Origin: Chrysomallon squamiferum
Lineage: Eukaryota > Animalia > Mollusca
Length of the DNA: 64,000 bases
Assembly: GCA_012295275.1 (NCBI GenBank)
Contig: CM022679.1
Coordinates: 14,818,001-14,882,000 of the forward strand
Direction: 5' to 3'
This document shows, in pieces, positions 43,101-60,422 of this stretch. Under the pieces are notes generated by a model. It was not told the DNA's origin, did not search any database, and saw only the letters and a list, made by a program, of their open reading frames with translations. The position numbers were made by a program, and so were the translations under genes. Numbering within the stretch: the stretch's first letter is position 1; each line of letters begins with the position of its first letter.

Positions 43101-46100
43101 CTTTCGCCCTCTCTATATTAGTGATTTAAAAAATAATTCCCGTCCATTTAAGAGACGTGGTATTTTCTGAGCTATGCTGAATTTTTATTTAACGCTTTGT
43201 GTTATTTTTATTATAATTCTTTCTAGTAATAACTTTTATATGTCAAAAGGAAATTGATGTATATTTTTATACAAACTTAAATATTATTTTGTACGAAATT
43301 TAGCAATTTAGCGAACGGGACTAAGCAAACTGAAACAACGAATTAGTAATTTTCATGGAATTAGAAAAAAATAAGATGAACATTCGTCCAGCGATTTTTT
43401 TTTTCTTGTGTATCTAGATACTGAATTAATCAATGCATATACAAATGTTATATGAAATACTAAAAAATAAAGCTAACTGTCTATATTTACATAATTTAGC
43501 TACGAAATTTCGCGAAACTGATTTAAAAGAAATGAAAGTACTCGTGACTAATTTTCGTGGAATTAGAGATGTAGGGCAAATATTCGGTTCAACGAACACA
43601 TTCAAAAGTACCACGTCTACTGTGCGTAAACGGTTTCCAAGAAATAACAACAACAACAACAACAATAACAACAGCAAGATCAACAACAACAACAACAACA
43701 ATAATAATAATAATAACCAGATGAGGATAAGCAGAAGGGTAATAATAACTAAAACAAAATAAAATGTTTCGATTCTCATAGTTCACGTCAGTTTCGCTCG
43801 CATGAAATAATCCTGACCTACATTTCTACTTTTTAATCTAATAACAGTAGGACTCCCAAATATTCTTCATGCTATTGGCTTTGATCAGCCTGTATGAATT
43901 AAAACTATCACAACTATGAGCCTATATATAACAATACAGAAAGAGAAACGAGTGTGTGAAATTAGGACATTGAAATGTGCAAGAAATGTGCCAGAGACTA
44001 ATAAGATGTATGGGATATTTATAAAGCAGTTTGTAGTGGCAAAGTTTTCTATTTCTATTTGTATAAATTTGGGTAATCACAGCTGTGTAATGTTTATGCC
44101 AGAGAATAATAAATAAAATGGCCTGCATCAAAATTTTAAATTAAATTATATACAAATTCAAAAATAATTCAAAAACAAAAGAGAAAAGAAAAAAGAAAGA
44201 AAAAAGCAATTATTTCTCCCTTTGTATAATACAAATTTGTATAAGGATATCACAATTTTAATGGTTACAAAAATTTCTCATAGATTTACATGTTTCTGAA
44301 ATAAGGTTGAATGTTCAGTTAATGTGTTAGGTTATTGTTTCTTGGGTATTTTCATATTACACTTCCTTGTAGGTAGTTATTACGTATAAATCAGCTAACT
44401 ATTCGTGAATCATCGATATGATTTAATGGAGCAGTAATGAGTAAACTATTAGTTAAAATCAAAGTATATGAGCGAATAAGAATTTTTAACTTTTTCGGAT
44501 CAAACCATGAATGTTAGGTAACCGACTACTTTCTACTTTTCTTTTCATATTCCGCGAATCGGTTCAGTAGAGGAGATAATTATTGTGAAAGGCATTAAAG
44601 AAACATTTTCTAATAAGGTAATGTTATGTGTAGGTTTAAATATTACAGAAAATATTCTTATTTTGAAAGCAATATCAAACTGATGTAGGCATGTTTTATG
44701 ATTATTATTATTAATTTTTGTTTCCTTTCGAGTGTTCTAACCTGCAGACAAATAAAACTTAGCTACGTCAATCTTACTGACTGCAAAAAAATCTTTACCG
44801 TCTATTTAGCAGATCTTGTCTGTTCTGAGATAACGTAAATTTGTATTTAATGTCATGCGCTATTTCTTTATAATACTTCTTTCTATTACTAATATCTCTT
44901 ATATATAAAAAGGCCATTCGTGAACCAGAAAAAAAGAAAAAAAAATGAAAAAAGAAATCTAGAACGAAAGAAAGAAAGAAAAATCTTTCGACCCTTATAC
45001 ATCCTTTTAATTTTGTTCACACGAAATAAGTTTTAGCATATACATAGCATATATTTATAATTCTTTATCTAATAACACTAGGATTCCCATCATTTCTAAG
45101 TCTTATTCACTTTTATCACACTGCATGAGTCAGAACTATGACTGCTGTCAGCCGACACAAAAACACACAAACAAAAACGGGTGTGTCAAGTTACGATATT
45201 GAAATAAGCAATAAATAGCGAGTAAAGAGACCTGGAACATGTAAGAAGTATTTATAAAGCAGTTTGTAGTAGAATTTAATTTGCTCTAGAACATAACGAA
45301 ATTGCATATGTCTAATGTTTGGATCAGAGAAAAATGAAACAAATGAGATGCGTCTAGATTTTAAATTTTATAATGCAAAAATCAAATAATGAAAAAAAAA
45401 AACATCTTTGCCTTACCTTTATCTAAATAGAATTTTTGTTTGGGCATCCAAATCTTATTCTTTCCAAAAAAAAAAACATTTCTCATAGTTTTATGTGTTC
45501 TTATCTTTTCTGTGCTAAGCTGAATTTTTAGTTAATTTGCTGTGTTGTTTGCTTCTTGTGTATTTGTATATTACACTTTCATGGAGTTATAATTTTTATA
45601 TCAGTCAACTATTCGTGAATCACAGATATGATTTAATGGACAAGTAATGAGTAAACTATTAGTTAATTTATTTATTTTCTTTTGCCATTGTTCTAACGTT
45701 AAAAAAATAAAATAAAACAAGTTTCCCGCCAATTTACGAGATCTTGTCTCAAAGTTTACGTTCCTTCAGCTGGATGAATGAACATATTTTAAAATCCGAT
45801 ATGCTAATCAGAGCGGTAGAGTTCTTGTTTCAGAGAGTAATTATCGAACTGACCTGCGTCTAGATTATATATGTAAAACAAAAAAATAAAAAAATAAATA
45901 ATAATTATATTAATAATAAAAAGGTTTTTCCCTCAGGTTTCAGAAAATCGTGATTTTCATTAGGCTATCAAAATCCTGTTTCTTTCAGTAAACCTTCGCA
46001 TCGATCTATGTCATGTTCTCCTTTCTGAAATTTGACTTACTATATTGTGTTATTTGCTTCTTTTTATTTATATATTACTATTTATGGTACAAATAACTTT

Positions 46101-46738
46101 GTAGATAATTCATAATTGATACTTTATATTTTAATGCACAAGTAATGAATAAAATATTACTTAAATATCCAGTATCTGATCGTAATAACAAAACTTAAAT
46201 CAAACTTACACGTTCTCGTAGGGTGTTCCTTACTCTGAAACGAACAGTCAAACACTGTGATAGCTTTACCTTTTCAGTTATATATATGTGAACGCTATGT
46301 AAGGGAGGTCACCTAATAACGCAATGTAATAACCTTGTTGCGTGACAAAACTATAAACACATTCATGACCACACAGCTTTACTGTATCTATGTGCTTTGT
46401 ACGTTATCAAGCTCAGAGATCTTCCATATTATTACTTTCTTTTTGTGTATTTGTAAATTACACTTCATGACCTTCTTGTGTGACAACAGTATAAACACAT
46501 TCATGACTATAACCGGTTATTATGTACACATGCCCGCCAGGACAGTCTGTTTTAGTTTAAAATAACTAATACAGTGAAATACTGAGTTCTAATGACAGAA
46601 GTAAATATATTTAATATATTTTATATTTTGAAATATTTATCTGCAAAACGATATCAGTTTGACAAGGAAGCCTTAGTAATTTTCTTCTTCTTCTTCTTCT
46701 TTATTTTATAGTTATTATTCTCATTATTGTTATTATTA

Positions 46739-46772
<34 letters not shown>

Positions 46773-46795
46773 CATCAAAATCATTATCATCATCA

Positions 46796-46859
<64 letters not shown>

Positions 46860-49209
46860 CAACTATTATATTACTACTATTATCATTCAGTTACAGCTTC
46901 AAAGAAAATTTCTAACTTCTCTTAACAAACTTTACGATCCAGATTCGTAAGTTTCTTTTATTGAGGCAAAGAGCATTTTTGATCTGTTGTTTCGTTTACC
47001 TCTTTTATAATAGTTCGTATCAATACATTAATTTTCGTGCAGTTAGAAATAGAAAAACATAAACTTTGAGTATTGTGTATATCTGAATAAACTGTTAGAA
47101 TTTTTCTTACTCAGGCCAAACTAAACGTCTACCCGTCTCTGTGTATGAAGTTGTTTCGTTATCCGGATTCGCTTCAAGGGCGGATAATGGGTGGTTGTCA
47201 GTTGCTCGGAAGGTTTTCGCGGCTAACAACAACAACAACAACAACAACAATAATAATAAGAATAAGAATAATAAAGCGAGTGTATTGAATGCTTTCTGAA
47301 ATGGTAATGCTGTTATATGCAAGAATAAAAACACACTAATCACCGGATGTCCTTATTATGTATTATCATTATTAATTAGATGTATTATATGTCTAATGAT
47401 GAATGAGTTATTTAAATGAAGGCAGGCTGTTTCTTGGTTTTTAATAGAACGTGGGAGGTAATATCGACAGTTTGCTACTTTCGGCTTCCAGAGATCATTT
47501 CCATCAAAATTATAAGTATCATAATTTTTCTTTCTTCTTTGCGGATACATTATGAATACCATGCCCATTCTTAAAATATATTTTCTAGTCATCTCCGTAT
47601 ATTTCATTTCACGTCAAACATGGCTTCCAAGACTTGTTTAGGTCCGGGTAATTCTACAAGTTGAACTGACTCCCTCAGAAACGTAAACAAAAATCAGTCT
47701 TATCCACATTGAAGTATGTACGTATAATATACATCTATATTTATTTGCCACTATTTTTCAGGCGGATTTGACATTGTAAGTATTTTTATTTAGGAATTCC
47801 AACACGCTAGTAAAGAACTTCTAAATTTATTCTTATTTTATCTGTCTTTACTTATGTAACATCATCAAGTCTTTCTTCTATTGTTTTCACTTAGGCCGAC
47901 CAGTCTTGTCGTTTTCGAATTATTTTTATTATCGACGCGTCGAATTTACCTGAAAACAGAACAGACTGCTGCATTATGTTAGTCACGTGATCTCTCAGTG
48001 TTAAGTAGTTTACCACGAAACCATTATTCTCACCTGACAGAACTAGTTGCTTTGATATCGATATATAACTATTCATGTCACACCGTATTTCTTTTAATAT
48101 TAAGAGTTAACGATTGCAATTGTGTAAACGTACATGTTACACTAAAGACAGGTAGCAATCTTCAGTATTAACCTTGGACAAACTATTTCTTAGCTAAATG
48201 CAAAAAGATATTTCAAAAGGTACTGTATTTATTCAAGTTAATACCGTCATTAGTTGAATTAATTGGATACGTTTTATTACAACAGTGACTACATCGTTAC
48301 ATCCAACAAGGACATTAAGATGGAAAAGGTCTAAAGGTTAGTGTACATATTTCAACTCATAATAGTAACTTCAGACAAAGCTCTTGAAATAAAAATAGCA
48401 TGAATTAAATCTGTTTACAGTCCCAGCTATATATTATCAAAATATAAAACACATACAAATACAAAGATTTTATCATTGACACAATTCACTGACTTGGCGG
48501 TAAAATTACACACAAAAGAACAAAAAGCATGAATAGATACTCTAAAGCAGCATTTTATTCCAAGCATAATTACTTTGTATATAGATAGATATGGATACAC
48601 AAAGACATAATATATATCTTATAGTAACAGAGACGCCATCATATCATGTTTTTGAAAATTTAGATAACACAAATAGTTTTCTTCTTAAAAAATAACCTTA
48701 TTCTCCGAATATCTATTTATATTTTTAAAATTGAAAAATTCAGTAATGGAAAACATTTCTAGTCCAAACATATTGACCTTCTGACGCATTAGATAATACA
48801 AATTTCATTTCAGGCAGAAAGTTATTGAAAAATGAATTAAAATAACAGCAGACTGTCTGTACAACCTATGTACGTGGATTTCATTTTTAATGTGTCCATC
48901 TGTAACATCTGCTTTTCTTCTGAGAGAAGATACTTATTTTCTGACTTTCTCCTTATATTCTCAAATCAACAATTCCTCCAGTCCAAACATTTTGTAGTAG
49001 GATTCTAATATAGATATATTTATTAGTATAAGTGTTATTGTTGTTGTCGTTGTTTTGTGTTTTTTTTTCATATTAGTAGTAGTAGTAGTAGTAGTAGTAG
49101 TAGGAGTAGTAGCAGCAACACCAGCACTAGCAATAGCATCAACGTTTACAAGTAGAACAATCCATGCAGTTCATTCCAAATTCCTGTTACGATTTGTAAA
49201 CTGTCAAAT

Positions 49210-51353
49210 TTATAAATTGACGTCAGCATTAACAAGAAGTGGAAAAGTTTCCAGCAGCCAGACCACTGCACTTTTGTCGTCTGCATCGTCTGGTGGAGTT
49301 TTTCCTGTTTTGAAATTATTCAGTTCAGTGACACGGTGAGTCTCTCCTGATTTCAAGCATACAACCATCATCTTTTCACTTTTGGAAGCAGTTGCTATTG
49401 CCAAATCGATTATTTGTTTCCAATGTGTGTTTGGCGTATCGGAATTAACAACAACAACAATGCATCGAATACGAGGCATTAATTATTTATAAGAAAACAC
49501 TTCATCCACTGAATTAAACGCAAGCTCATCATTTCTCGTGACTTCAAGACCTGCATAGTTTTCCAGAATTTCCTGAATCTTCGTTGAAACCTCAGATGTT
49601 CCCCAGTCGTCTTTGTCATGGAGTATCATGACATCAGCACCATTTATTTCATCTTCTTTCTTCCTTTTGTAATAGAATGTAAAAATCCTTCTGAAACAAG
49701 ACCAAGCTCTACCCGGTGACTCGCCTCTTGATAAAATCTGCTGTGTTGTTTTCAGGTGAACTCTATTGACGAGAGAAGAAGGAACGTCATCAGCTTGATG
49801 CGTACCCATCAGCAGACTTACACACAGTCTGGCATTTTCGTACTCTTGTCGGTTAAGATATTCCTCTGTAATTCCAATCCAGTCTTGTGGTCCCAGATTT
49901 CGCGTTTGAATCTTCTCATAAATTGGAAGAGAAGGGGCGAATTCACTGATCATAGAATAAACATCTTTAACTTGCCACGGTATTTCTACTCCACGTGGAC
50001 CATTCGTTTGGTTCAGCAAATCAGTTACCGTTCTGAAATGAGTGTGATATTTGTACAGCACTTCTAACGCAGAAGCTTCTACAGCAAGAGTTTTGTAGTT
50101 TATCATTTTTTCTTTCTTCAGCCGAGCCTGTTCCTCTGAAGAAAGTCTCCAATTTTCACTTTTTTCAAAATAGATAAAACTCATATTTTTCAATGCGCTA
50201 ATTTCTGGGAATGGATCGATATAAGAGTCGGCTGTTTCTGTTACAATTTTGAAGTGCTGTTCAGCATCTTCGTAGCATTTTTTACTCATGTAAGCTAAAG
50301 CCAAGTCATACTCTGCAGGATAATTGTCTGTTATTTCAACCGCCTCCTTTAGACAGCGAATAGCACGATCTAATGTTTCCGGGTTATTTTGTTTTCTCGC
50401 TTTTTTCCGCAGAACCTTTCCCAGCTGATGAAGAGCTTTCGTTGCTCGCGTACGACTAACTGACTGTTGTAACATTGTCTCAGCCTCATCCAGTCGCTGT
50501 GTGTTTTGAAAATGGTTAGCGCACCTTACAAGTATAAAATCGTCGTCTTTGCCTAACTCAAGAGCTTTCTGGAAATATTCCTCACGCGAAAGCAGTCCAG
50601 TTTGTTGTTGCACCTCTTCTACCAGCTTTTCATCTTCGAATGGTGTCCATCTTAATTCAAGCAGTTTTGCTAAATCCCCGAGCTCGGCAAACGCCATGGC
50701 ATTCAGTGGTTCTGGTCCCTTTCTGCTGACTTCTTGTAGCAGTTTACAGCATCTAACAGCGTATTCAACAACATCGACACCAGACTGAATTGAATAGCTC
50801 TGAAAGGACAGAGATCGTCTAAGTGTTAGACCCTCTCGATATTTCCACTCGAATTCTTCTGGACATTTCTTATTTACTTTTCTGTACAGCTCCAGAGCCT
50901 TCGGATAAGAAGCTGGTGATAGTCGAGTGTAGCAATAAGCAAGTTCAGCTTCAGCTACAGTATGCATTCTGTCCAGGTCTCCCTCCAAGTCTTCCAATTC
51001 CTCTAATTCTGATTCAGCAGAACGTTTATCCTGTTTTAGCAGAAATCGCACACGATTTGCACGAGCTACAATGTTAGTAGGGTCACGATCACAGACTTTT
51101 AAATTTATCTCGATTGCCTTCTCTCGATCTCCTAGCAAAAAAAGCAAGAACGAAGTAAAATTGTCGTGACGATTTGTGTGTGTCTTTTCACTTGGTTGAT
51201 TTCCCACTGAAGTAGGCATGTCTTCTTCCCGTTGTTCTAACTTTCTAAGCAGTTCTTCTCTGCGCTGTTTTGTGTAGAACATGAGATCTGTCAGATGAAA
51301 GGAGTGAGGAAATGATTGTAATCTCTTTTCGAAGGCGATATCTTCATCCGTAC
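49210..51353 (-). pseudogene. TPR-TIR family copy 6, chimera (copy-3-type 5' part, copy-2-type TIR), nonsense codon, start exon missing
   Basis: Near-identical to copy 3 down to GPQDW (~49880), then essentially copy 2. CAA>TAA at 49483-49485. Its upstream intron ends in (CT)n joined to copy 7. Confidence 0.85.
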
Positions 51354-51496
51354 CTGAAAAAAAAAAAAAAAAAAAAAAATAAGTGATCTGAATTTTCTGA
51401 AGTAAAAGTCTTTTCTAAAATTATAATTTCGATTTTCCTTTATTTTTTTTTTATTAAACTGACGATGAGCAATGATAATATGTTGTTTTTACCGAA

Positions 51497-53146
<1,650 letters not shown>

Positions 53147-53298
53147 TATCCTGAAAGAAATTTATACAATAGTTTATTAATTTCTTTTTTCTATTGTAAT
53201 GAAGACCATAAATTTATGTGTATGTTTAGATCACAGAATAATCAAATAAATTTCAAGCGGCTCGATTTTAAAATTAATGAAGAAGAATAAACTAATTA

Positions 53299-53366
<68 letters not shown>

Positions 53367-54975
53367 TAGAAAGAAAAAGAAAGAAAGAAAGAAAAACTAA
53401 AAAAGAAAGAGAAAGTAAAGTTTGCTCACTCTTAAGTACTAACTTTATTACCAAAATCTTACTTCTTCCAAGAAAGGTTTACCTTGGATTTAGGAGTAGT
53501 TTCCTCCTTGTGTATTTGTATATTACTATTTGTTCTAGCTATATCATTTACATAATCAGTAAACTATTCGTGAATTATAGTTATGATTTTAATGGACAAA
53601 AAGGCGGATAATCTGAATAACAAAGTCTTAAATCAAACTGACTGTTTCTTGCTAAAGGTTTTTTACTCTCAAAGGATCTGTGAGTATTATAGAAATTAAT
53701 ACCTTTTATTTTCCGTTTTAAATTCCGAAAATCGGTTCAATGGGAGGAGATAATTTTTGTAAAAGATAGAGAGAAAATAAGAAAAAAGTTTCGACCCTTA
53801 TAGCTCCTTTTAACTTCGTTCACACCAAATAAATCCTAACATATACATAGCATATATTTATATTTCTTTATCTAATAAAACTAGGATTCCCATCATTTCT
53901 AAGTCTTATTCACTTTTATCACACAGCATAAGTCAGATATATGACTGCTGTCAGCCGGTACATAAAAATACACAAACAAAAAGGCGTGTGTCAAGTTACG
54001 TTAGTGAAATAAGCAATAAATAGCGAGTAAAGAAACCTGGAACATGTAAGAAGTATTTATAAAGCAGTTTGTAGTAGAATTTACTGTGCTCTATAACATA
54101 ACGAAATTGCATATGTCTAATGTTTCGATCAGAGAACAATGAAACAAATGGCATTCGACTAGATTTTAAATTTAATATTGCAAAAATAAGATAATGAAAA
54201 GAAACACAATCTTTGCCTTACCTTTATCTAATTATCAATTTTTGTTAGGGCATTCAAATTTTATTCTTTTCAAAAAACATTTCCCATCGATTTATGTGTT
54301 GTTATTGTTTCTGTGCTAAGCTCAATTTTCAGTTACCTGTTGTGTTATTTGCTTCTTGCGTATTTGTACTTCCTTGTAGTTATAACTTGTATATCAGTCA
54401 ACTGTTTGTGAATCATAGATGTGATTTAATGCACAGGTAATGAGTAAACTATTAGCTAAATTTAAAGTATAAGATCGGATTAACAAATCTTAAATCAAAC
54501 TTGCACGTTCTCGCTGGTTCTTCCTTACTCTCAGATGAACAGTCAAAAACTAGGATAGCTTTACCTTTTCACTTTTATATATATCAGGTGTCTACTTTAC
54601 TTATTGAAACTGCAAAAATAGGTAAAATAAAACTAGTTAAACTATACAAACGAAGTTACCTGACAAGGTAATATAATAGCCTTGTTGCGTGACAACAATA
54701 TAAACACATTCTTGATCACAAAGCTTTAATGTATCTATTGGTTTCATACGTTATCCAACCCAGAGATATTCCATTTTACTATTTTCTTCTTGTGTATTCA
54801 TGTATTACACTTCATGACCTTCTTACGTGAAAACAGTGTAAACACATTCATGACTATAACCGGTTATTATATACACATCCCCGCCAGAACATAATCCATT
54901 TTATTTTAAAATAGCTAATACAATGAAATACTGAGCCTTCATAATTTTCTTCTTTTTCTTCTTCTTCTTCTTCTT

Positions 54976-55006
<31 letters not shown>

Positions 55007-55082
55007 TTATTATTATTATTATTATCATCATTATTATCATTATTATTATTATTACTACTATTACTATTACTACTACTACTAC

Positions 55083-55128
<46 letters not shown>

Positions 55129-56526
55129 TTTTACTATTTTTATTATCTATTTTTCTGTAGCAGGTTTGTAACCTGCAGAAAATAAAACTAAATAAAATGT
55201 GTTAATAAAATATATTTTTTAATCCTAACATGAACAGTAAATTCCACTAAATTTTGTTATTTAGTAAACGTGATTAAACAAACTGAAACTACGCATTAGT
55301 AATTTTCCTCGAAATAGAAGTGCATTAGTTCAGCGAACCTATTGGTTTTTTGTAATGAGGTGCTAGATTAATGAACATATTTAGCAATGTGATATGAAAC
55401 AACTATTTTAAAGCTAACTTTATATATCTAGTTTCTATGCAATTTAGCTATTCATTTTCGCGAACGTTATTAAACAAAGTCAGAGCACACGTGACTAATT
55501 TTCGTGGAAGTAGAAAAATAAGCTAACTATTCGGATGAATGAGCACGTTTGTAAACACCATGGCTCTTCTTAGTGAACTCGTTGTGTATCTAAAGAAAAA
55601 AGGTTTCCCTCGCCTGAACTAAAGCTAACCAACAAACAACTCATATTTGTTTTTTGTTTTTTTGTTTGACTCACAGCAGTTCTAACTGTTATTCACTTTC
55701 ATCACACAACATGAATTAAAAACACTACGGCTGTCAGCCGATATATATATATAACAATACAGAAACAGAAACGAGTTTACGAAATTAGTTCACTGAAATG
55801 TACAAGAAATACAGTGAGTAAAAACAATCGGGAGATGCAACACATTTTTATAAAGCTGATTGCAGTAGAATTCATCTTGTCCTGTAAATTACACCTGTCA
55901 AAAAAGTAAGACAACAGACAACAGTGAACCTAAAGACGAGTGTTGATTTTAAATTTAATAAGTACAAAAAAATCATTAAAAAAAAAATCTTCACCTTACT
56001 ATTATTTAAATACTCAGTTTCATTAAGGCATAAAGATCTTCTGGTTTCAAAATGCTTCCCATCGATTTACCTGTTCTTACCTTTTTTGTGCTAAGCAGAA
56101 TTTCCAGTTAATATCTCGTGTTATTTCGTTCTTGGATATTTGTATATTATACTTCCTTGTAATTATAACTTATATACATTAACTAATCGTGAATCACAAT
56201 TAACATTTAATACACAAGTAATGAATAACCTATTAGCTAAAGATAAATTTCAAGATCGTAAAAGAATTATTAAATCAAACTGACAGGTTTTCTCTGGACG
56301 TTACTTACTCCCAAACTAACCGTCAGTGTTATATAAATCACTGCTGTCTACTTTCCCCTTTGAATTCCATGAATCCGTTCAGAAAGATGATATGACTGTT
56401 GTAAAAAACTATTTTAAAAATGTTTCCTAATACTGTATTATTCCGTTTGAGTTTAAATACTAAAGAAAATATTATTTGGAATGCCAGAGAAAATTGGATA
56501 TGACATTATTATTGTTATAGTTACTA

Positions 56527-56557
<31 letters not shown>

Positions 56558-58531
56558 TATTATTATTATTATTATCCTCATCATCTGTTTTTCTTCTCAG
56601 TGTTGTAATCTGCAGAGATATAAAACTAAGTAAAATTCTGAATTAGATATATATTTTTTTTAAATTCTAACTCGAAATTTTGTTATTTAGTAAAGGTGAT
56701 TAAATAAAGTGAAACCACGCATCAGTAATTTTCGTGGAAATAGAAGTACAAGGTTTACGTCCGTTCAGCGAACTTATCTGTTTTGTGTAACTAGATGCTG
56801 GATGAATGAACGTATTTACAAATGTGATATGAAATAAATATTTTAATGGCAACTTTATACGTTTATTTCCAACGTAATTTAACTATTAATTTTCGCCAAC
56901 GTGATTACACAAAGTCAGAGCACAAGTGAGTAATTTTCATGGAAATAAAAAAATAAGCCATATAGATACATTCGGATCAATGAACATGTTTAGAAATAAA
57001 CAAACTGAAACACGAATCAGTAATTTATGGAAACAAGAATAAAGTGTACGTTCGTCATCGAATTTATTTCGTTTGTGTAACTAGACACTGGATAATTATT
57101 TAGAAATGTAACATGAAATAATAAATTTAATGCTAACTTGATATATTTATTTTCTAAGTAATTTAACTTTTAATTTTCGAGGACGTGATTAAACAGATAG
57201 AGAAACATAAGCTATATATTCGGATCAGTGAACACGTTTGGAAATATCATGTTTACTTTCTGAACTCGCTGAGGATGTGAAAAAAAAAAAAAGTATACCT
57301 CGCTTGAACTAATGCTAGCCTGTACGCCGGTCATATTTCTATTTTGTTATCTAAAAACACTAGGACTCAACAGTTCTACATGTTATTCACTTTTATCAGC
57401 CTATATGAATCAAAAATATCAATGCTATCAGCCGATATATAACACTACAGAAAAAGGTGCGCGAAATTAGGTCATTGAAATATACAAGAAATATAGCCAG
57501 TAAGGACGCTGGAGATCTTAGAAATATTTATTAAATAGTTTTTAGTAGGAATTTTCCTTTTTCTTTTTACATAATTTTGAAAAGTCACAGCTGTATAGCG
57601 TTTGTTTCAGAGAATAATCAACGAAATGACCTGCATCTAGATTTTAAATGTAAAAGAAATAAAATAATTAAACAATAATACTACTAATAAAAAGATTTCT
57701 CCCTCCGCATCGATTTAGGTGAGCTTCTCTTTTCTGAAATAAACTGACATTTGACATAATGTGTTGTGTTATTTGTCCTTGAGTATTTGTGTATTACATT
57801 TCGTGGTAGTGATAATTTACATATCACTACATAATTCATGAATGCATTTTATATTTTAATTGACAAGTAATAAATAAAATATTACTTAAATATTCACTAA
57901 TAACAAAACTTAAATCAAACTTACACGTTCTCCCAGGGTGTTCCTTACTCTGAAACGAACAAACACTGTGATAGCTTTACCTTTTTAGTTAGATATATAT
58001 ATATATCGGGTTTCGACTTTACTTATTGAAATTCCAAGAATCGATACAATAAAACTAGATAATCAATGTGAACGCTATGTAAGGGAGGTCACCTAATAAC
58101 GCAATGTAATAACCTTGTTGCGTGACAAAACTATAAACACATTCATGAACACACAGCTTTACTGTATCTATGTGCTTTGTACGTTATCAAGCCCAGAGAT
58201 CCTCCATTTTATTACTTTCTTTTTGTGTATTTGTAAATTACACATCATGACCTTCTTGCGTGACAACAGTATAAACACATTCACGACTATAACCCCTTGT
58301 TATGTAACACATGCCCGCCAGGACAGTCTGTTTTAGTTTAAAATAACTAATACAGTGAAATACTGAGTTCTAATGACAGAAGTAAATATATTTAATATAT
58401 TTTAGATTTTGAAATATTTATCTGGAAAACGATATCAGTTTGACAAGGAAGTCTTAGTAATTTTCTTCTTTTTCTTCTTCTTCTTCTTTATTTTATAGTT
58501 ATTATTCTCATTATTGTTATTATTATTGTTA

Positions 58532-58589
<58 letters not shown>

Positions 58590-59929
58590 CAACTATTATA
58601 TTACTACTATTATCATTCTATTAAAGCTTCGATTAACAAACTTTACGATCCAGATTCGTAAGTTTCTTTTATTGAGGCAAACAGCATTTTTAATCTGCTG
58701 TTTCGTTTACCTATTTTATAATAGTTCATATCAATACATTAATTTTCGTGCAGTTAGAAATAGAATAACATAAACTTTGAGTATTGTGTATATCTGAATA
58801 AAATGTTAGAATTGTTCTTATTCAGGTCAAACTAAACGTCTACCCGTCTCTGTGTATGAAGTTGTTTCGTTATCCGGATTCGCTTCAAGGGCGGATAATG
58901 GGTGGTTGTCAGTTGCTCGGAAGGTTTTCGCGGCTAACAACAACAACAATAAGAATAATAATAATAAAGCGTGTGTATTGAATGCTTTCTGAAATGGTAA
59001 TGCTGTTATATGCAAGAATAAAAACACACTAATCACTGGACGTCCAGTATTTCTCAGTTTGTGAATTCCAGCACGCTAGTAAAGAACTTCTAAATTTAGT
59101 TTTATGTCTTTACTTATGTAACATCGTCAATCTTCCTTCTTTTATTTTTACTTAGGCCGACCAGTCTTGTCGTTTTGGAATATTTTTTTATTATCGACAT
59201 GTCGAGTTGACCTGAAAACAGAACAGACTGCTGCATTGTTAGTCACGTGATTTCTCAGTGTTAAGTAGTTTACCACGAAACCATTATGCTCACCTGACAC
59301 AAACGATTATGTTAACTAGATGCTTTGATATCGATATATAACTATTCATGTCTCGCAGTATTTCTTTTAATACTAAAAGTTAACGATTGCAATTGTGTAA
59401 ACGTACATGTTACACTAAAGACAGGTAGAAATCTTCAGTATTAATCTTGGACAAATTATTTCTTAGCTAAATGCTGTAATAAAATATTTAAATCGAACTT
59501 ACACATTCTCACGGGATGTTCCTTACTCTCAAACGAACAGTCAAAAACTGCGATAGCTTTATTTTTTCAAACTTATATAAATCAGGTGTCTAATTTTCTC
59601 ATTGAAATTCAAACAGTTCACAGAGTAACTGTAGATAAACAATTTATATAAGGTGTGTGTGACCTTGTCGCATGACAACAATATAAACACATTCACGACA
59701 ACAGCTCCTTATTATACCTACCTGCTCTGTAGGATATCATGCCCGGACAGAGTCCATTTTATTATGAAATTGCTAATGCAATATGAAACTGAATTTTTCG
59801 AGATCAGTTTGATCGTGAGATATTCCTAAAATTTATTTTTTACTTTTATCTGAATTTTATATATATTTCTTGTTATATTTTATAATTGTTGTTATTGTTA
59901 TTGTTCTTGTTGTTGTTGTTATTATTATG

Positions 59930-60013
<84 letters not shown>

Positions 60014-60015
60014 TC

Positions 60016-60076
60016 GCTTTATTCTTTGAAATCCCGCCTCTAATGACGTTGTGCTTAGCTTTCTTTTCGCAGCCAT
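60016..60076 (-). pseudogene. Orphan start exon of the TPR-TIR family (MAAKRKLSTTSLEAGFQRIK)
   Basis: TTTTAG|GATAATGGCTGCG context as in the other start exons. The donor is replaced by (GA)n and no main exon follows. Confidence 0.75.
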
Positions 60077-60227
60077 TATCCTAAAATAAAGTTATAAAGT
60101 ATTTCACCAATATTCTGTTTCGGCTCAAGTGTACTTTCTCTAGGCCTAACAAAAATGTGTCAGCACTGAATCATCAATTTTCTTCTTCTTCTTCTTCTTC
60201 TTCTTCTTCTTCTTCTTCTTCTTCTTT

Positions 60228-60291
<64 letters not shown>

Positions 60292-60391
60292 CATTATCAT
60301 CATTATTAGTATTAGTATTATTTTCATAATTATTTTATAATATTTTCGTTTCCAGAGGTATGGTTTCAACTAATAATAGTAATAATAATAA

Positions 60392-60422
<31 letters not shown>

